Positions 22,095 through 35,959 of a DNA stretch of 64,000 nucleotides are shown here, in pieces. The DNA lies in assembly GCF_028641065.1 (NCBI RefSeq), contig NC_073389.1, positions 25,296,001-25,360,000 of the forward strand, in the 5' to 3' direction. A model generated the notes under the pieces. That model was given only the letters and a program-made list of their open reading frames with translations, had not been told where the DNA came from and did not search any database. Source of the stretch: Leucoraja erinacea (lineage: Eukaryota). Each line of letters begins with the position of its first letter. The first letter of the stretch is position 1. Made by a program: the position numbers and the translations under genes.

Positions 22095-22320
22095 TTCACA
22101 CAAGTTTGGTTATCCCACATTCCTCACCCACTCTCTACACATTAGGGGCAATTTTACAGAAGCAGGTTAAGCTACAAAGCCAATGCGTCTTGGGATGCGG
22201 GAGGAAACCCACACGCTTGCAGTCAGAATGTGCAAATTCAACACAGACAGTGCCCGAGGACAGGATTGAACACAGATCTCCGGCATGTGAGGCAGCAAGT
22301 CTACCAGCTGTGCCACAATA
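22095..22320 (-). mobile_element. HE1-type V-SINE
   Basis: Reverse complement has tRNA head gtggcacagctggtagacttgctgcctcaca, B box and V domain actgtctgtgttgaatttgcacattc. Confidence 0.8.
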
Positions 22321-22424
22321 TTTTATTTTCCAACACACAAAAAATCATACGTTGATAACTTTGGCTATAAAAATTTTTTTAAAATCCATTTTCAGTCTTA
22401 AATCTCTAATTCATTTCACATCTA

Positions 22425-23345
22425 TGGGGCAGTACATTGGCCATAAAGTTCCTGCCTAAAATTGCCAGAGACCCTGAATTGATCCTGAATATGGGTGCTG
22501 TCTGTATGGAATTTGCTCCTTTTTCCTTTGGGTTTTCTCCGGGTGCTCTTGTTTCCTTCCACATTCCAAAGGTGTGCAGGAACCTTTTTCAGACCCAACT
22601 CAAAACATAATATTTTCCTTTTGTCCAGAGATTCTGTCTGACCTGTTGAGTTACTCCAGCTTTTTGTGTCTATCTTCAGTTTAAACCAGCATCTGCAGTT
22701 CTTTCCTGCACACATGATACTATACGATAGAACTGTTTTCTCGTTTATAACATTGTTTATAGAGTACTATGTTTACATAATCTGTTGTGCTGCTGCAAGT
22801 AAGGATTTCATTGTTCTAACTGGGACGTGAGAGAATAAAACTGACTCGCGTTACTCATGTGTGGGAAAGAACTAGTGTACGGGTGATCAGTTGTCGGCGT
22901 GGACTCGGTGGGCCGAAGGGCCTGTTTCCACGCTACATCTTTAAATTAAACTAAAAACACTAAAACCAGAGGAAATCTAAAGAAGGGTCTCTACCCAAAA
23001 CGTCACCCAATTTCTTCTATCCAGAGATGCTGGCTGCTCCATGGAGTTCCCCTGCACAATTAAAGCATGGAATAGTCTTCACCCTACCATAGGTACCCAA
23101 CCAGACGCAACTAAATTTAAGGTAGCTCTTTTTTTTCCCCAAGAACCTTTTTTTGCTTAAGTCCAAGTCAAGAGTCAAGAAAGTTTTATTGTCATGCGTC
23201 CCACATAGGACAATGAATTTCTTGCTTGCTGCAGCACAACAGAATATGTAAATATAATACAGAACAGAGATAAAAGTTCAGTGTGTCTATATACACAATA
23301 AATAAACAGATAAAATGCAATAGGCTGTTATTTTTCAGAGTTTGG
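22425..23345. mobile_element. Nested cluster: V-SINE (+) interrupted by PLE pLTR and Rex1 tail, then PLE pLTR, a LINE 3' end and a Rex1 tail (-)
   Basis: SINE head/V domain 22425-22580 and tail 22860-22955; pLTRs ~22585-22715 and 22975-23045; Rex-type tails 22735-22850 and 23165-23340. Confidence 0.65.
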
Positions 23346-24469
23346 AGTTTGGTGGTGGTGGGTCCACTCCCGTTTAAATTCCATTTTGAATATTTTTGGA
23401 GGACCAGGAAACCAAGAAGCAAGAGTTACTCCAGCTCCAGGGAATGATTCTGCATTAGTTTTCAGCGGTCGCGGCGAGGCGGCGACCGGACAACAATGGC
23501 GGCCAGATCGGGCACAATGCAAAGGGAGGGAGAAAGTGGCCGACGCCGACCAGTGCGCATGTGTGGGGCAGCACATGCACAACCACTGATGTGCTGGCTG
23601 TGCGCATGTGGAGGGGGAGGATGTCTTTAATACCAATAAAGGAAGGATATCAAATATCCTTGTGGTGCCACAATACTAGATTTGGAACATGAAGTCTTTC
23701 TATTCACATCCCTTCACTGATTACAAGAAACCTTCATCACACTTCAAAAGAATAAATTGAAATATCGCTTCTATATATACAGTTTAAATTGCGCTATTTG
23801 AATAATAGATTTAATTTACCTTTACTACTTTGAATTTTACGCCTTAAGACATTTCTGGAAACACTAATGTTTTTTTTAGTTTTGCACCTTACCCTTTTCA
23901 CCTCATGTCAGCCAAACCTGATCATATATCCAACCAGTGCATCTTAAAACTTTATCTTAACCCTAATACGTTTACCCTGTGATCTCACACCAGAGCCCCA
24001 TTTTCAGCAAAACCGTTAAACTTGCTAGGTTCACTGGAGTTATAATACTGTGTAACATCTGAAAACGTGAATTGTGAGGTAAGAATAACATACAATAGTT
24101 CAAAAGAAAAAAAAATTGCCAGTCCAGTGCACCCAAAGTTAGAGTTGGGTTAGAGTTGTATTTCAATTTTATTGTTTCTGCACTCACGTTAAATATTCTA
24201 CATGGGTTGGAAATTATTCATTTTTAAATAATGTTTGTCAAATATGGGTAAAGTAAGAATGTAATTAGTTGTGGATTGCTATGGGAAAAATCACCACTGA
24301 TTTGGTGAGCCCAATAGGCTGTATTCATGCCTTGTTCCATTGCCGCCACTCCAGATGTAAGCTCACTTCAATTTCAGGGTCATCAAGCTATGCTATAGAG
24401 ATTTAATTTGCATCTGTGCATATTCAGAGTCCACGGAAGCATGAAAGACTTATTATCTGCAAAGTAAAG

Positions 24470-24650
24470 ATCCTTCACCACCAGTCTCCACAGCACCAGA
24501 CTAGCCCTCGACAATAACAGTCAAGAGGCTGGAAAACATGGGATTACCTCTCAGCAAAGGCAACATCAATGTTGAAATCCACCATAGTCTCCAGCAATTC
24601 GGCACAGCTTTTGCCCTTTGGAGGGTAAGCAAATCCGAAGATGAAGACAC
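24470..24650 (+). mobile_element. Old RTE-clade LINE remnant
   Basis: With one frameshift translates to LSAKA-INVEIHHSLQQFGTAFALWR...EDED, resembling the RTE post-RT motif (LS.kadID.EI..Rl..A..AFGrL). Confidence 0.5.
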
Positions 24651-25264
24651 ATGCTGCACTCCTGTATGCTTCAGAAACATGCATTACCTACAGTAGGCAA
24701 CCCGCAGAAATGGTGAGGTACCACTAATGTCGTCACTGCAAAGCTTTCCCGGCAGGACAAGTGAATCGATGTTTGCATGCTGCCCCAGGCCCACACCCAC
24801 AGCATCAAAGTACCAAAGAGTATCAGTACGCTGCTATAAACAGGCCGTATCATTTGCATGGCTGACATCAGAAACCTGAAACAAACGCTCTAATCTCCAT
24901 CACAGCAAGGAATTGCCAAGAGCAAAGAGAAAGTGATTCAGGGTTTTTCCTCACAGCCTCCTTGAAAATAATATTGCATATGAGAATCCCTGATCTATCA
25001 CCAATCAAAATGGAGAGAAACAGCTGGCATGCAATGCGAACTAATCTTTTTCAGAAGCACATTTAAGACCAGCAAAACAAGATTGTAGCATTTTTCAATG
25101 TATCACGCGCCCATCTCTTTAACTCCCTCCTGCAGAACTAGTGACAACGTGTGAGGATCTTACACTGGCCTCATCAGTCATTTCAGAATGCAATTAAAAT
25201 GAAGCGTCTTAAACATTAGATGCGGCAGAATGCAATTAAGATGAAGCGATCTCAAACATTAGAT

Positions 25265-25632
25265 GCGGCACGGTTGCACAGCGGTAGAATTGCTGCCCTA
25301 CAGCGCATGCAGCGCCGGATACCCGGGTTCAATCCCAACTATAGGTGCTGTCTGTACGGAGTTTGTACGTTCTCCCAAATTCCAAAGATGTACAGATTTG
25401 TAGGTTAATTGGCTTAGCGTTTAAGTGTAAATTGTCCCTAGTGTGTTTGTGTGTGTAGTGGCTTAGTGTTTAAGTGTGTTTGTGTGTGTAGTGGCTTAGT
25501 GTTTAAGTGTGTTTATGTGTGTAGTGGCTTAGTGTTTAAGTGTGTGAGTGTGTGAGCACGTGTGTGGATTACTGGTCGGTGCGGACTCGGTGGGCCGAAG
25601 GGTCAGTTTCCGTGCTGTATCTCTAAACTAAA
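25265..25632 (+). mobile_element. HE1-type V-SINE containing a 33-bp x3 minisatellite
   Basis: Head gcggcacggttgcacagcggtagaattgctgcc, B box gggttcaatccc, V domain, CR1-like tail gtttccgtgctgtatctctaaactaaac; unit gtgtgtttgtgtgtgtagtggcttagtgtttaa at 25441-25539. Confidence 0.88.
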
Positions 25633-25814
25633 CAAAGGACCTATTTCTCTTTTGAGAATTAGTGCTGGACATGCAAGTTATTCTTTGCATTTTCCATTTT
25701 ATTTCAAAGTGCAAAGAATTGGAACAGAAGTCATCGTTGACTCCAAGAGATAGCCTTAAACAAAGATCTGTGCTGTGCATGGCTTTTTTTTGGTAAAACC
25801 CGACAGAACTTTCC

Positions 25815-25940
25815 ACTAAGGTGTCAGAGGTTATGGGGAGAAGGCAGGAGAATGGGGTTAGGAGGGAGAGATAGATCAGCCACGATTGAATGGCAGAGTA
25901 GACTTGTTGGGCCGAATTGCCTAATTCTACTCCTATCACT
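25815..25940 (+). mobile_element. CR1 3' UTR fragment
   Basis: aagg tgtcagaggttatggggagaaggcaggagaatggg...gggccgaattgcctaattctactcctatc. Confidence 0.75.
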
Positions 25941-25944
25941 GTTG

Positions 25945-26662
25945 TGTTCAAGAAGGAACTGCAGATGCTGGAAGATCGAAGGTACACAAAAATGCTGGAG
26001 AAACTCAGCGGGTGCAGCAGCATCTATGGAGCGAAGGAAATAGGCGACGTTTTGGGCCGAAACCCTCCTTCAGACTGATGGGGGGTGGGGGGGGGGGAGA
26101 AGGAAGGAAAAAGGGAGGAGGAGCCCGAGGGCGGGGGGGATGGGAGGAGGCAGCTCGAGGGTTAAGGAAGGGGAGGAGACAGCAAGGGCTAGCAAAATTG
26201 GGAGAATTAAACGTTCATGCCATCCGGACGCAAGCAACCCAGGTGGAATATGAGGTGCTGTTCCTCCAATTTCCGGTGTTGCTCACTCTGGCAATGGCGG
26301 AGACCCAGGACAGAGAGGTCGGATTGAGAATGGGAGGGGGAGTTGATGTGCTAAGCCACCGGGAGTTCAGGTAGGTTATTGCAGACTGAGCGGAGGTGTT
26401 CGGCGAAACGATCGCCCAACCTACGCTTAGTCTCCCCGATGTAAATCAGCTGACATCGACTCCATTCAAGGACCCAAGCAGTTGTTCCAGGTGCAACAAA
26501 GGTTCACCTGCATCTCCTCCAACCTCATCTACTGCATCTGCTGCTCTAGATGTCAGCTGATTTACATTGGGGAGACTAAGCGGAAGTTGGGCGATCGTTT
26601 CGCCGAACACCTCCGCTCAGTCCGCAATAACCTACCTGAACTCCCGGTGGCTCAGCACTTGT
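25945..26662 (-). mobile_element. Penelope-like 3' end with an inverted GIY-YIG segment
   Basis: pLTR 25945-26080; GIY-YIG on minus to 26456, then on plus 26458-26662 (ORF 26482..26670 QRFTCISSNLIYCICCSRCQLIYIGETKRKLGDRFAEHL). Confidence 0.88.
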
Positions 26663-26664
26663 AT

Positions 26665-29200
26665 AGATAGAAACATAGAAAATAGGTGCAGGAGTAGGCC
26701 ATTCGGCCCTTTGAGCCTGCACCGCCATTCAATATGATCATGGCTGATCATCCAACTCGGTATCCTGTTCCTGCCTTCTCTCCATACCCCCTGATCCCTT
26801 TAGCCACAAGGGCCACATCTAACTCCCTCTTAAATATAGCCAATGAACTGGCCTCAACTACCTTCTGCGGCAGAGAATTCCAGAGATTCGCCACTCTCTG
26901 TGTGAAAAAGGTTTTCCTCATCTCGGTCCTAAAAGATTTCCCCCTTATCCTTAAACTATGACCCCTTGTTCTGGACTTCCCCAACATCGGGAACAATCTT
27001 CCTGCATCTAGCCTGTCCTACCCCTTAAGAATTTTCTAAGTTTCTATAAGATCCCCCCTCAATTTTCTAAATTCTAGCGAGTACAAACTGACTCTATCCA
27101 GTCTTTCTTCATATGAAAGTCCTGACATCCCAGGAATCAGTCTGGTGAACCTTCTCTGTACTCCCTCTATGGCAAGAATGTCTTTACTCAGATTAGGAGA
27201 CTAAAACTGTATGCAACTGCAGTAGAACCTCCCTGCTCCTATACTCAAATCCTTTTGCTATGAATGCTAACATACCATTCGCCTTCTTCACTGCCTGCTG
27301 CACCTGCATGCCTACTTTTAATGACTGGTGTACCATGACACCCAGGTCTCGTTGCATCCCCCCCTTTCCTAATCGGCCACCATTCAGATAATAATCTACT
27401 TTCCTGTTTTTGCCACCAAAGTGGATAACCTCACATTTATCCACATTGTACTGCATCTGCCATGCATTTGCCCAGTCACCCAGCCTATCCAAGTCACCTT
27501 GCAGCCTCCTAGCATCCTCCTCACAGTTAACACTGCCCTCCAGCTTCGTGTCATCCGCAAACTTGGAGATGTTGCATTCAATTCCCTCGTCCAAATCATT
27601 AATATATATAGTAAATAGCTGGGGTCCCAGAACTGAGCCTTGCGGTTCCCCCACTAGTCACTGCCTGCCATTGTGAAAAGGACCCGTTCACTCCTACTCT
27701 TTGCTTCCTGTCTGCCAACCAGTTCTCTATCCACATCAATACTGAACCCCCAATACCGTGTGCTTTAAGTTTGTATACTAATCTCTTATGCGGGACCTTG
27801 TCGAATGCCTTCTGAAAGTCCAGATACAACACATCCACTGGCGCTCCCTTATCCACTCTACTAGTTACATCCTCAAAGAATTCTATAAGATTCGTCAGAC
27901 ATGATTTACCTTTCATAAATCCATGCTGACTTTGTCCAATGATTTCACCACTTTCCAAATGTGCTGCTATCCCATCTTTAATAACTGATTCTAGCAGTTT
28001 CCCCACTACCGACGTTAGACTAACTGGTCTGTAATTCCCCGTTTTCTCTCTCCTTAAACAGTGGGGTTACATTAGCTACCCTCCAATCCTCAGGAACTAC
28101 TCCAGAATCTAAAGAGTTTTGAAAAATTATCACTAATGCATCCACTATTTCTGGGGCTACTTCCTTAAGTACTCTGGGATGCAGCCTATCTGGCCCTGGG
28201 GATTTATCGGCCTTTAATCCATTCAATTTACCCAACACCATTTCCCGGCTAACCTGGATTTCACTCAGTTCCCCCATCTCATTTGACCCTCGGTCCCCTG
28301 CTATTTCCGGCAGATTATTTATGTCTTCCTTAGTGAAGAAAGAACCAAAGTAGTTATTCAATTGGTCTGCCATGTCCTTGTTCCCCATGATCAATTCACC
28401 CGTTTCTGACTGCAAGGGACCTACATTTGTTTAACTAATCTTTTTCTCTTCACATATCTATAAAAGCTTTTGCAGTCAGTTTTTATGTTCCCTGCCAGTT
28501 TTCTTTCATAATCTATTTTCCCTTTCCTAATTAAGCCCTTTGTCCTCCTCTGCTGGTCTCTGAATTTCTCCCAGTCCTCTGGTAGGCTGCTTTTTCTGGC
28601 TAATTTGTACGCTTCATCTTTTGTTTTGATACTATCCCTGATTTCCCTTGTTATCCAAGGATGCACTACCTTCCCCGATTTATTTTTTTGCCAAACTGGG
28701 ATGAACAATTGTTGTAGTTCATCCATGCAGTCTTTAAATGCCTTCCATTGCATATCCACCGTCAACCCATTAAGAATCAATCGCCTGTCTATCTTGGCCA
28801 ATTCACGTCTCATACCCTCAAAGTTCAGGACCCTTGTTTCTGAATTAGCGATGTCACTCTCCATCCTAATGAAGAACTCAACCATATTATGGTCACTCTT
28901 GCCCAAGGGGCCTCGCACAACAAGACTGCTAACTAACCCTTCCTCATTACTCAATACCCAGTCTAGAATAGCCTGCTCTCTCGTTGGTTCCTCTACATGT
29001 TGGTTTAGAAAACTATCCCGCATACATTCCAAGAAATCCTCTTCCTCAGCACCCCTGCCAATTTGATTCACCCAATCTATATGTGGATTGAAGTCACCCA
29101 TTATAACTGTTTTACCTTTGTTACACGCATTTCTAATTTCCTGTTTGATGCCATCCCCAACTCCACTACTACTGTTAGGTGGCCTGTACACAACTCCCAC
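26665..29200 (-). mobile_element. CR1 LINE, most of ORF2 (endonuclease C-half, RT, 3' UTR), frameshifted
   Basis: ORFs 28421..29200 (GVVYRPPNSS, IMGDFN, ILDWVL, LGKSDHN), 28020..28415, 27599..28006, 27193..27654 (PQGSVLGP, KFADD), 26748..26996. Confidence 0.95.
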
Positions 29201-29725
29201 TAGCCCAGCCGCTCCATTCTCTCAGCATATGACAGTCCTGGCATCCCGGGAATTAACCTTGTGAACCTACACTGCACTCCCTCTATAGCAAGAATGTCCT
29301 TCCTCAAATTTGGAGACCAAAACTGCACACAATACTCCAGGTGTGGTCTCACTAGGCCCATGTACAACTGCAGGAGGACCTCTTTGCTCCTATACTTAAC
29401 TCCTCTTGTTATGAAGGCCAACATGCCATTCGCTTTCTTCACTGCCTGCTGTACCTGCATGCTTACTTCCATTGACTGATGAACAAGGATCCCCAGATCC
29501 CTGTACATCCCCTTTTCCTAACTTGACACCATTTAGATAATAATCTGCCTTCCTGTTTTTGCTACCAAAGTGGATAACCTCACATTGATCCACATTAAAC
29601 TGCATCTGCCATGCATCTGTCCACTCACCCAACCTATCCAAGCACCCTGCATTCTCATAGCCTCCTCACAGTTCACACTGCCACCCAGTGCAAATTTGCT
29701 AATGTTACTTTAAATCATTGATGTT
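29201..29725 (-). mobile_element. Second CR1 RT C-terminal fragment
   Basis: ORFs 29200..29508 and 29396..29641 (LVRPHLEYCVQFWSPNLRKDILAIEGVQ). Confidence 0.88.
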
Positions 29726-29729
29726 TACT

Positions 29730-31280
29730 GGAGCGTGGGGAGTGAATGGGAAAGGTGAGCAGAGGGAGATGAACTCTAGGTGGAGAGACATCCGAGTTAT
29801 AGGCAAATAGAACAAGGTGGGGGTGGGCTATAAATCAAGGTTCCGTGGGGGGGTGAGGAGTTGGGAAGGGTCCATAGAGTATGGATTACCTGAAATTAGA
29901 ACATTCAATGTTCATACTATTGGGTTATAGACTGTCTAAACAGAATGTAAGATGCCATTATTCTAATTTGCATTTAGCCACATTGTGCCAATGGAGAAGG
30001 CAGAGGAAAGGCAGACCACAATGGGAACGGGAAGAGGTCATGGCCACTGCAGATAGAGTACAGGTATTCTGCAAAAAGGTTGCCAAGACTTAGATTGATC
30101 TTGTCAATGTTGAGGACTCCCACATTGTGAGCACCAAATGTAATAGATCAGGTCAGACAAGATGCACATAAATCTGTACCTCACCTGTTTATGTCCCTGG
30201 TGGTGGCATGGAAGGTGGCATAGAGACAAGTACCTCCTACAATTGCAGGGGAAGGCACCAGAGATCTGGAGGGGTGTGTGGAAGTCAGAGAGAGACTAGT
30301 CACTGCAGAAAGCAGCAAAGGTGTGTGGTAGGGGAGAAGAGGGAAAGATGTAGCTTGCAGTGGGATCTCAATGGAGCTGGTGGAAGTGACAACATATGAC
30401 ATGTTGAATGGTGAATATGCTGGCGAGGTGAAAGGCAAGGAGCAGGGAAATTTGTCTGTTTTCTGTCTGGAGAGTGGTTGAGAGCAGATGTGGAAGGTAT
30501 GCATGTGCGGGCTTCATCAACTACAGCAGAGAGGAAGCAATGTTACCCGAAGGAGCAGGTTACTTTAGAAGTCCTAGAGCGGAAAGCCTCATCTTGCAGT
30601 GAAAATTGGGAAACTGAGAGAAAGGGATGGCGTCTTTACAGGTGATCTGATGGAAGGAGATATAGTCACGGTTTTATATGCCGGAGTCCATATGATTATA
30701 GCAGATGCAAGTGAATAGTTTGTCTCGTGATGGAGACAGAGATCCATAAAAGGAAGAAATGTCCGAATTGCTCCATTAGCATTGTACGGGCATTGAATTT
30801 TCCAATTTCAGGTAGCTTACATTCAGTGTTCATTTCCCACTCCCACTAGTCTACCTGGGATCTCTCTCAGTATCTTCACCTTCTCCCTTCTTTTCTCCCT
30901 CAACTACCTTGATATTGTAACATATTAACCTCCCCATCTGGCTCCATCTGTTCATCACCACATACCTATCCATGATGGTTTCTTCTTTGGATTACTGTTC
31001 CCATCCCCTCCCACACCCCATCATCCCTCCCAGATCTATTTCCACATAAACCCTACCAGCCTCTGTCCCAACATTCCCTGCCTGCCTGATAATCCTCATA
31101 TCTTCCACTCCACCTCTTCATCTGGTTCCACCCATCAGCCTCTGCCTTAACCCTCTTTCTCACTTCTATTCTATTAGCTATCTTCCCTCTACACTCTATC
31201 TTGATGCAGGGTCTTGACCAGAAATATTGAGCATCCATTTGCCTCCACAGATGCTGCTTGACACACAAAGTTATTATAGC
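29730..31280. mobile_element. Old Penelope-like remnants (minus ~29730-30775, inverted plus ~30780-31280)
   Basis: ttacctgaaattagaacattcaatgttcatac (GMNIEFSNFR end on minus), cattgaattttccaatttcaggtag on plus, degenerate pLTR ttgatgcagggtcttgaccagaaatatt...agatgctgcttgac. Confidence 0.65.
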
Positions 31281-31499
31281 AATAAAATATTTGAATCAGA
31301 TCTGGTAGCTCAGAACTAAACATCCATGTGGTATTTAGGGCAACACGTGCTGAAGTGCAGTAAATACCACCACAATCTGTAACCTCGGAATGAATATATC
31401 AACAAAGCACGCTGAACTGATAACAAGACTCACCACGCATCCCTCAAAATGAATTACCACATTGACCAAGGTTCAACATACAGATGCCGCGCATACATC

Positions 31500-32530
31500 C
31501 TAAGTAAAAGCAGTTTTAACAGCCAGAGCTAAGAAATTCCACAACCAATCGATCAGGTCAGACTCCAGTAGTCCTAGCACACCTGACACGAAGACAATCA
31601 GTTAGTTTGAGAAGATGGCTTCAAGACCATTCCCATACACAACCATTAGAAAAATGGTACATTCAGGCAAAAGACATTTGCAGCTTTCAACATGATATTT
31701 TCGGCTTTGAGATCGTCACCATCTCAGAACCCAGTCTTAGCCTACAAGGCCATCAATCAGCTAATCTGATTCCATGCACATTTAGAAATGCATTTGGGTA
31801 CCAAAGGTGATCGAACCGGACAACATCCAATGGTGTGTATTGTAATGCTGATGAAATGTACTCTGAAACTAGCCTTGCCTCCAGCCAAAGTATTCAAGTA
31901 GTTTTAATACTACATTTACTCCAAAACGTGGAAAACAGCCCAGGCTACAGTCTGAAAAAAAGACAAGGCCAATCTGGTCAATTACAGCCTCATCATTGCA
32001 TTCAGGATCAAAGCAATGGAAAGTGTTCTTAGCACCGCTACAAAGAGTTACTTACTGAGTTGCAGAATGATGCATATTATAGGTCTCACCAGACTCACTT
32101 GGTTCCAGGTCTCCCCACAGCCTTGATCCAAAATGGAGAAAAGAGCATTTTTTTTTTTAAAAAGCAAATAAACTGTCTTGACATTAAGGCAGTGTTTGAA
32201 CAAATTTGGTTGGAGTAATTTCAAGTATATCAGAAGATGATTGTGGTTATTGGAGTACATTCATTTCAGCACAAAGACCATGCAGTGGGAGTTCCTCAAG
32301 GCAGTGGTTTTGGCCCAAACATTTTCAGCTGCTTCATCGATGGCCACCATCTATGAAAGTGATTTTGTTTTGTAGGGGTGAGGGCGTGCAGGAATTTAGG
32401 AATCTGTTCACCGAGAATTTCTATGATGATTGGCTATAATATTTTACATTTCTTGTAAAATAAAGCAGCCATGCCTGTATGTAACAAAACCTGGACACTA
32501 TTCAGGCCTGGGCTGATAAGTGAAACTAAT
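31500..32530 (+). mobile_element. Highly degenerate LINE (CR1/L2 group) RT remnant
   Basis: Residual motifs resembling GPDNIP...ELALPLAKLF, KDKANLVNYSLI, GVPQGSGFGP. Confidence 0.5.
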
Positions 32531-33239
32531 AGGCAAACCCAAGTTATGGGGAAAGAGGATTCTGCTCCTGGAAATGGGTCCACACAGCGATACTTTACAT
32601 TGTGAAGTCAGATCAATTACAGGAGCATCAAAAAAATAAGTTGAAAATTTTATTTACTTACTTTTTCTCCCCACATGAAATTCCGTAAGAGCTAATTTTA
32701 TTCCACATTTCAAATTTTTGGGTAGTGATTTGTGAACTGTGTTAAGGCCGATTTCGTTGTCTCTGTACTGTACACTGACAATGACAATTAAAATTGAATC
32801 TGAATCTGAATCCGATTTCCATTACCCAAACGGTTGTAACAAAGGGGTCTGTAATATCCATGCCACATTCCAGGTGTCAATGAGGATAGCATCTTTGATG
32901 CTGGCCAAGTTGACATTTTATGTCAAATTGATCAGGAAGATGCCTATAGAATCCAATGGAAAGAGGCAAGCAGTTTCAAAAGCGCGCTCAGAAAAAGAAT
33001 CAAAATGCTCAGGAAAAGAATAAAAAAATAATCAGTCAAATGGGTACTTTGACTAAGTGCTGCACATAATTAGTGCTCTAGTTCTTAGAACATTTTAGTT
33101 TATACAAGCAAATAATGTAGACTTTGAACAAATATTTTATGCTCATCTTCACAGTACATGAATCTAAAACCATGCAATAATAGTAGAAATGCTGAAAATA
33201 AATAGTAAGGAAGAAATTTAAAATAATTAGAGAGAAGAC

Positions 33240-34545
33240 ATAACGTTACTAAAGAACAAGTCTTCAAAATACAATGGCCTGTGTTCCTGGAGCCAAACGA
33301 ATTGGCTGCGGATTATCTATCAAAATCCACTAGATTCACTACTGGTAAATTCCAGTGGTTGGAAAACAGCCAATGTAACATCTCCATGTGAGGAAAAAAT
33401 GGACATGGAAGGCAGGAAACTGCAAGCTAGTTCACCTATCACTGGAAAAATACTGGAATCTGTTCTTAAGAAGGACTTAAAATATAATCAAATATAGCCA
33501 ACATGATTTTGTAATGGCACATTTGAACAATTCAATTTGTTGGGCTTGTACTGAGCAGGAATGATTTAAATAAGGAAACAGAATGTGTATTTAGATTCAC
33601 AGAAAGCAGCTGATAAGTTGCCAAAGTTTGCTGCACAAAGAGCTCATGGCATTGAAGTTAATGTTAGCATGGATAAAGGATTGGCAATGTAAATTTTTTT
33701 TTTTTTTTTTTTTTTTTTTTAATGGGTTTAGATAAATGATCAATTTTCTATTTAGCAAGCTGTAACGAGTGGGGATTCCACAAGGAAAATCGCTGGAACA
33801 TCACTGCATACAATCTGCATGAAAGGCTTAAGATGAAAATAATGAGCATTTTGTAGCCAAACTGGCCAGCTACAACAAACCGTGAGGACACAATCTGAAA
33901 AAAGGATACAGATAGGATAAAAGTTTAGCAGATAGAGTGTATAATGTGGAAATAGCAGGTCATCACATTTGTATGATAAAAAAAAATCAAATAGTATATA
34001 AATAGAGTGAGACCAGAACCTACTGCTAAACAGAGGGATCTGGGTAACCTTGTTCAAAAAACAAATGTTAGCACACAGGTGAAGCAAATAAATGGGAATT
34101 CAAATATAACATTGGCCTTTATTGCAAAGAGGACGTTAAGTAAGGTAGTCCCATATTGTAATTGCACAGGACATTGCAAGCCATACTGGCATGCCAAATA
34201 AAGTTCTGGCCATTTTATGAAGGTACATACTTGGTTTGAAAGCAGTTCAGAGAAAGTTCATGGGGTTAATTCCCAGGATGTTGAGATTGCCTTGCTGCTC
34301 TGACGATTGAGCAGGCTGGAGCTTAGAAGAATGATAAGTGATCTTATTGAAATAAGATTCCAAAGGGACTTGACAAGATGGCATCCAGAATTAGGACAGA
34401 ATACAGTTGGGAGAGAAACTTCTTTCACAGGTCTTTAAACCTTTGCATTTTTACCCAAAAAGGTATAGAAACTGAAACATTTAATACAGTGAAAGCAGAG
34501 ACAGAAATATTTTGATCAATGGAAACAGTTATGGAGAACAGATAG
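33240..34545 (+). mobile_element. Old CR1 LINE remnant
   Basis: Degenerate WKTANVT, AHGIEVNVSMDKDW, gtaacgagtggggattccacaagg and 3' region motifs; poly-T at ~33693-33720. Confidence 0.65.
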
Positions 34546-35278
34546 TAACATAGGAAACATTGAAAAATAGGCACAGGAGGCGGCCATTTGGCCCTTTGAG
34601 CCAGCAGCGACATTCAATATGATCATGGCCGTTCGTGCTTTCCCACCCATATCCCTTGATTCCTTTAGCCCTAAGAGCTAAATCTAACTCTCTCTTGAAA
34701 ACATCCAGTGAATTGGCCTCCACTGCCTTCTGTGGCAGAGAATTCCACAGATTCACAACTCTCTGGGTGAATAAGTTTCTCATCTCAATCCTAAATAGCC
34801 TATCCCTTATTCTTAAAATGTGGCCCCTGGTTCTGGACTACCCCAACATCGGGAACATTTTTCCTGCCCAATTCTTTAAGAATTTTATATGTTTCTACAA
34901 GATCCCCTCTCATCCTTCTAAATTCCAGTGAATACAAACCCAGTCGACCCATTCTTTCATCATATGTCAGTCCTGCCATCCCGGGAATTAACCCAGTGAA
35001 CCTACGCTGCACTCCCTCAATAGCAATAATGTCCTTCCTCAAATTAGGAGACCAAAATTGCACACGATACTCCAGGTGCGGTCTCACCAGGGCCCTGTAC
35101 AACTGCAGTAGGACCTCCTTGCTCCTAAACTGAAATCCTCTCGCAATGAAGGCCAACATGCAATTGGTTTTCTTCACTGCCCGCTGTACCTGCATGTTTA
35201 CTTTCAGTGACTGATGTACAAGCACACCCAGGTCCCGTTGCACCTCCCCTGTTCCTAATTTAACACAATTCAGATAAT

Positions 35279-35747
35279 GTGTAGGAAAGAATTGCAGATG
35301 CTGGTTTAAATCGAAGGCAGACACAAAATGCTGGAGTAATTCAGCGGGACAGGCAGCATCACTGAAGAGAAGGAATGGGTAATGTTTCGGATCGAGACAC
35401 TTCTTCAGAATGATGTCATGGGGGTGGGCAGGACAGAGATAGAATGTAGTCAGAGACAGTAAGACTGGTGGGAGAAATAGGGAGGGGGAGGGGAATGGAG
35501 AGAGAGGGAAAGCAAGGGCTGTTGGAAGTTAAAGTCAATGTTCATACCACAGTAAGCTACCCATGCGAAATATGAGGTGCTTTTCCTCCAAGTTGCGCTG
35601 GGCCTCGCTCTGACAATGAAAGAGGCCCAGGACAGAAAGGTCAGATTGGGAATGGTAGGGGGAGTTAAAGTGCTGAGTAACTGGGAGATCACGTAGGTTA
35701 AGGTGGACTGAGCCTGCTGAGTTACTCCAGCATTTTGTGTCCACCAT
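35279..35747 (-). mobile_element. Penelope 3' fragment with short inverted pLTR piece
   Basis: Flanked by ttcagataat (35269-35278, 35748-35757); GIY-YIG tail peptide in ORF 35535..35828; inverted piece ~35712-35741. Confidence 0.85.
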
Positions 35748-35959
35748 TTCAGATAATAATCTGCCTTCCTGTCCTTGCACCAAGGTGGATAACCTTACAT
35801 TTATCCACATTATACTGCATCTGCTCACTCACCCAATCTATCTAAATCACCCTGCAGCCTCATAGCATCCTCATCGCAGCTCGTACTGCCATCCAGCTTT
35901 GTGTCATCCGCAAACTTGGAGATGTCACATTGAAATCCCTCGTACAAATTGTTAATATA

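Noticed and set aside
25441-25539. CRISPR-like repeat array
   Set aside because: Head-to-tail 33-bp units with no unique spacers, inside a SINE, in a vertebrate context.
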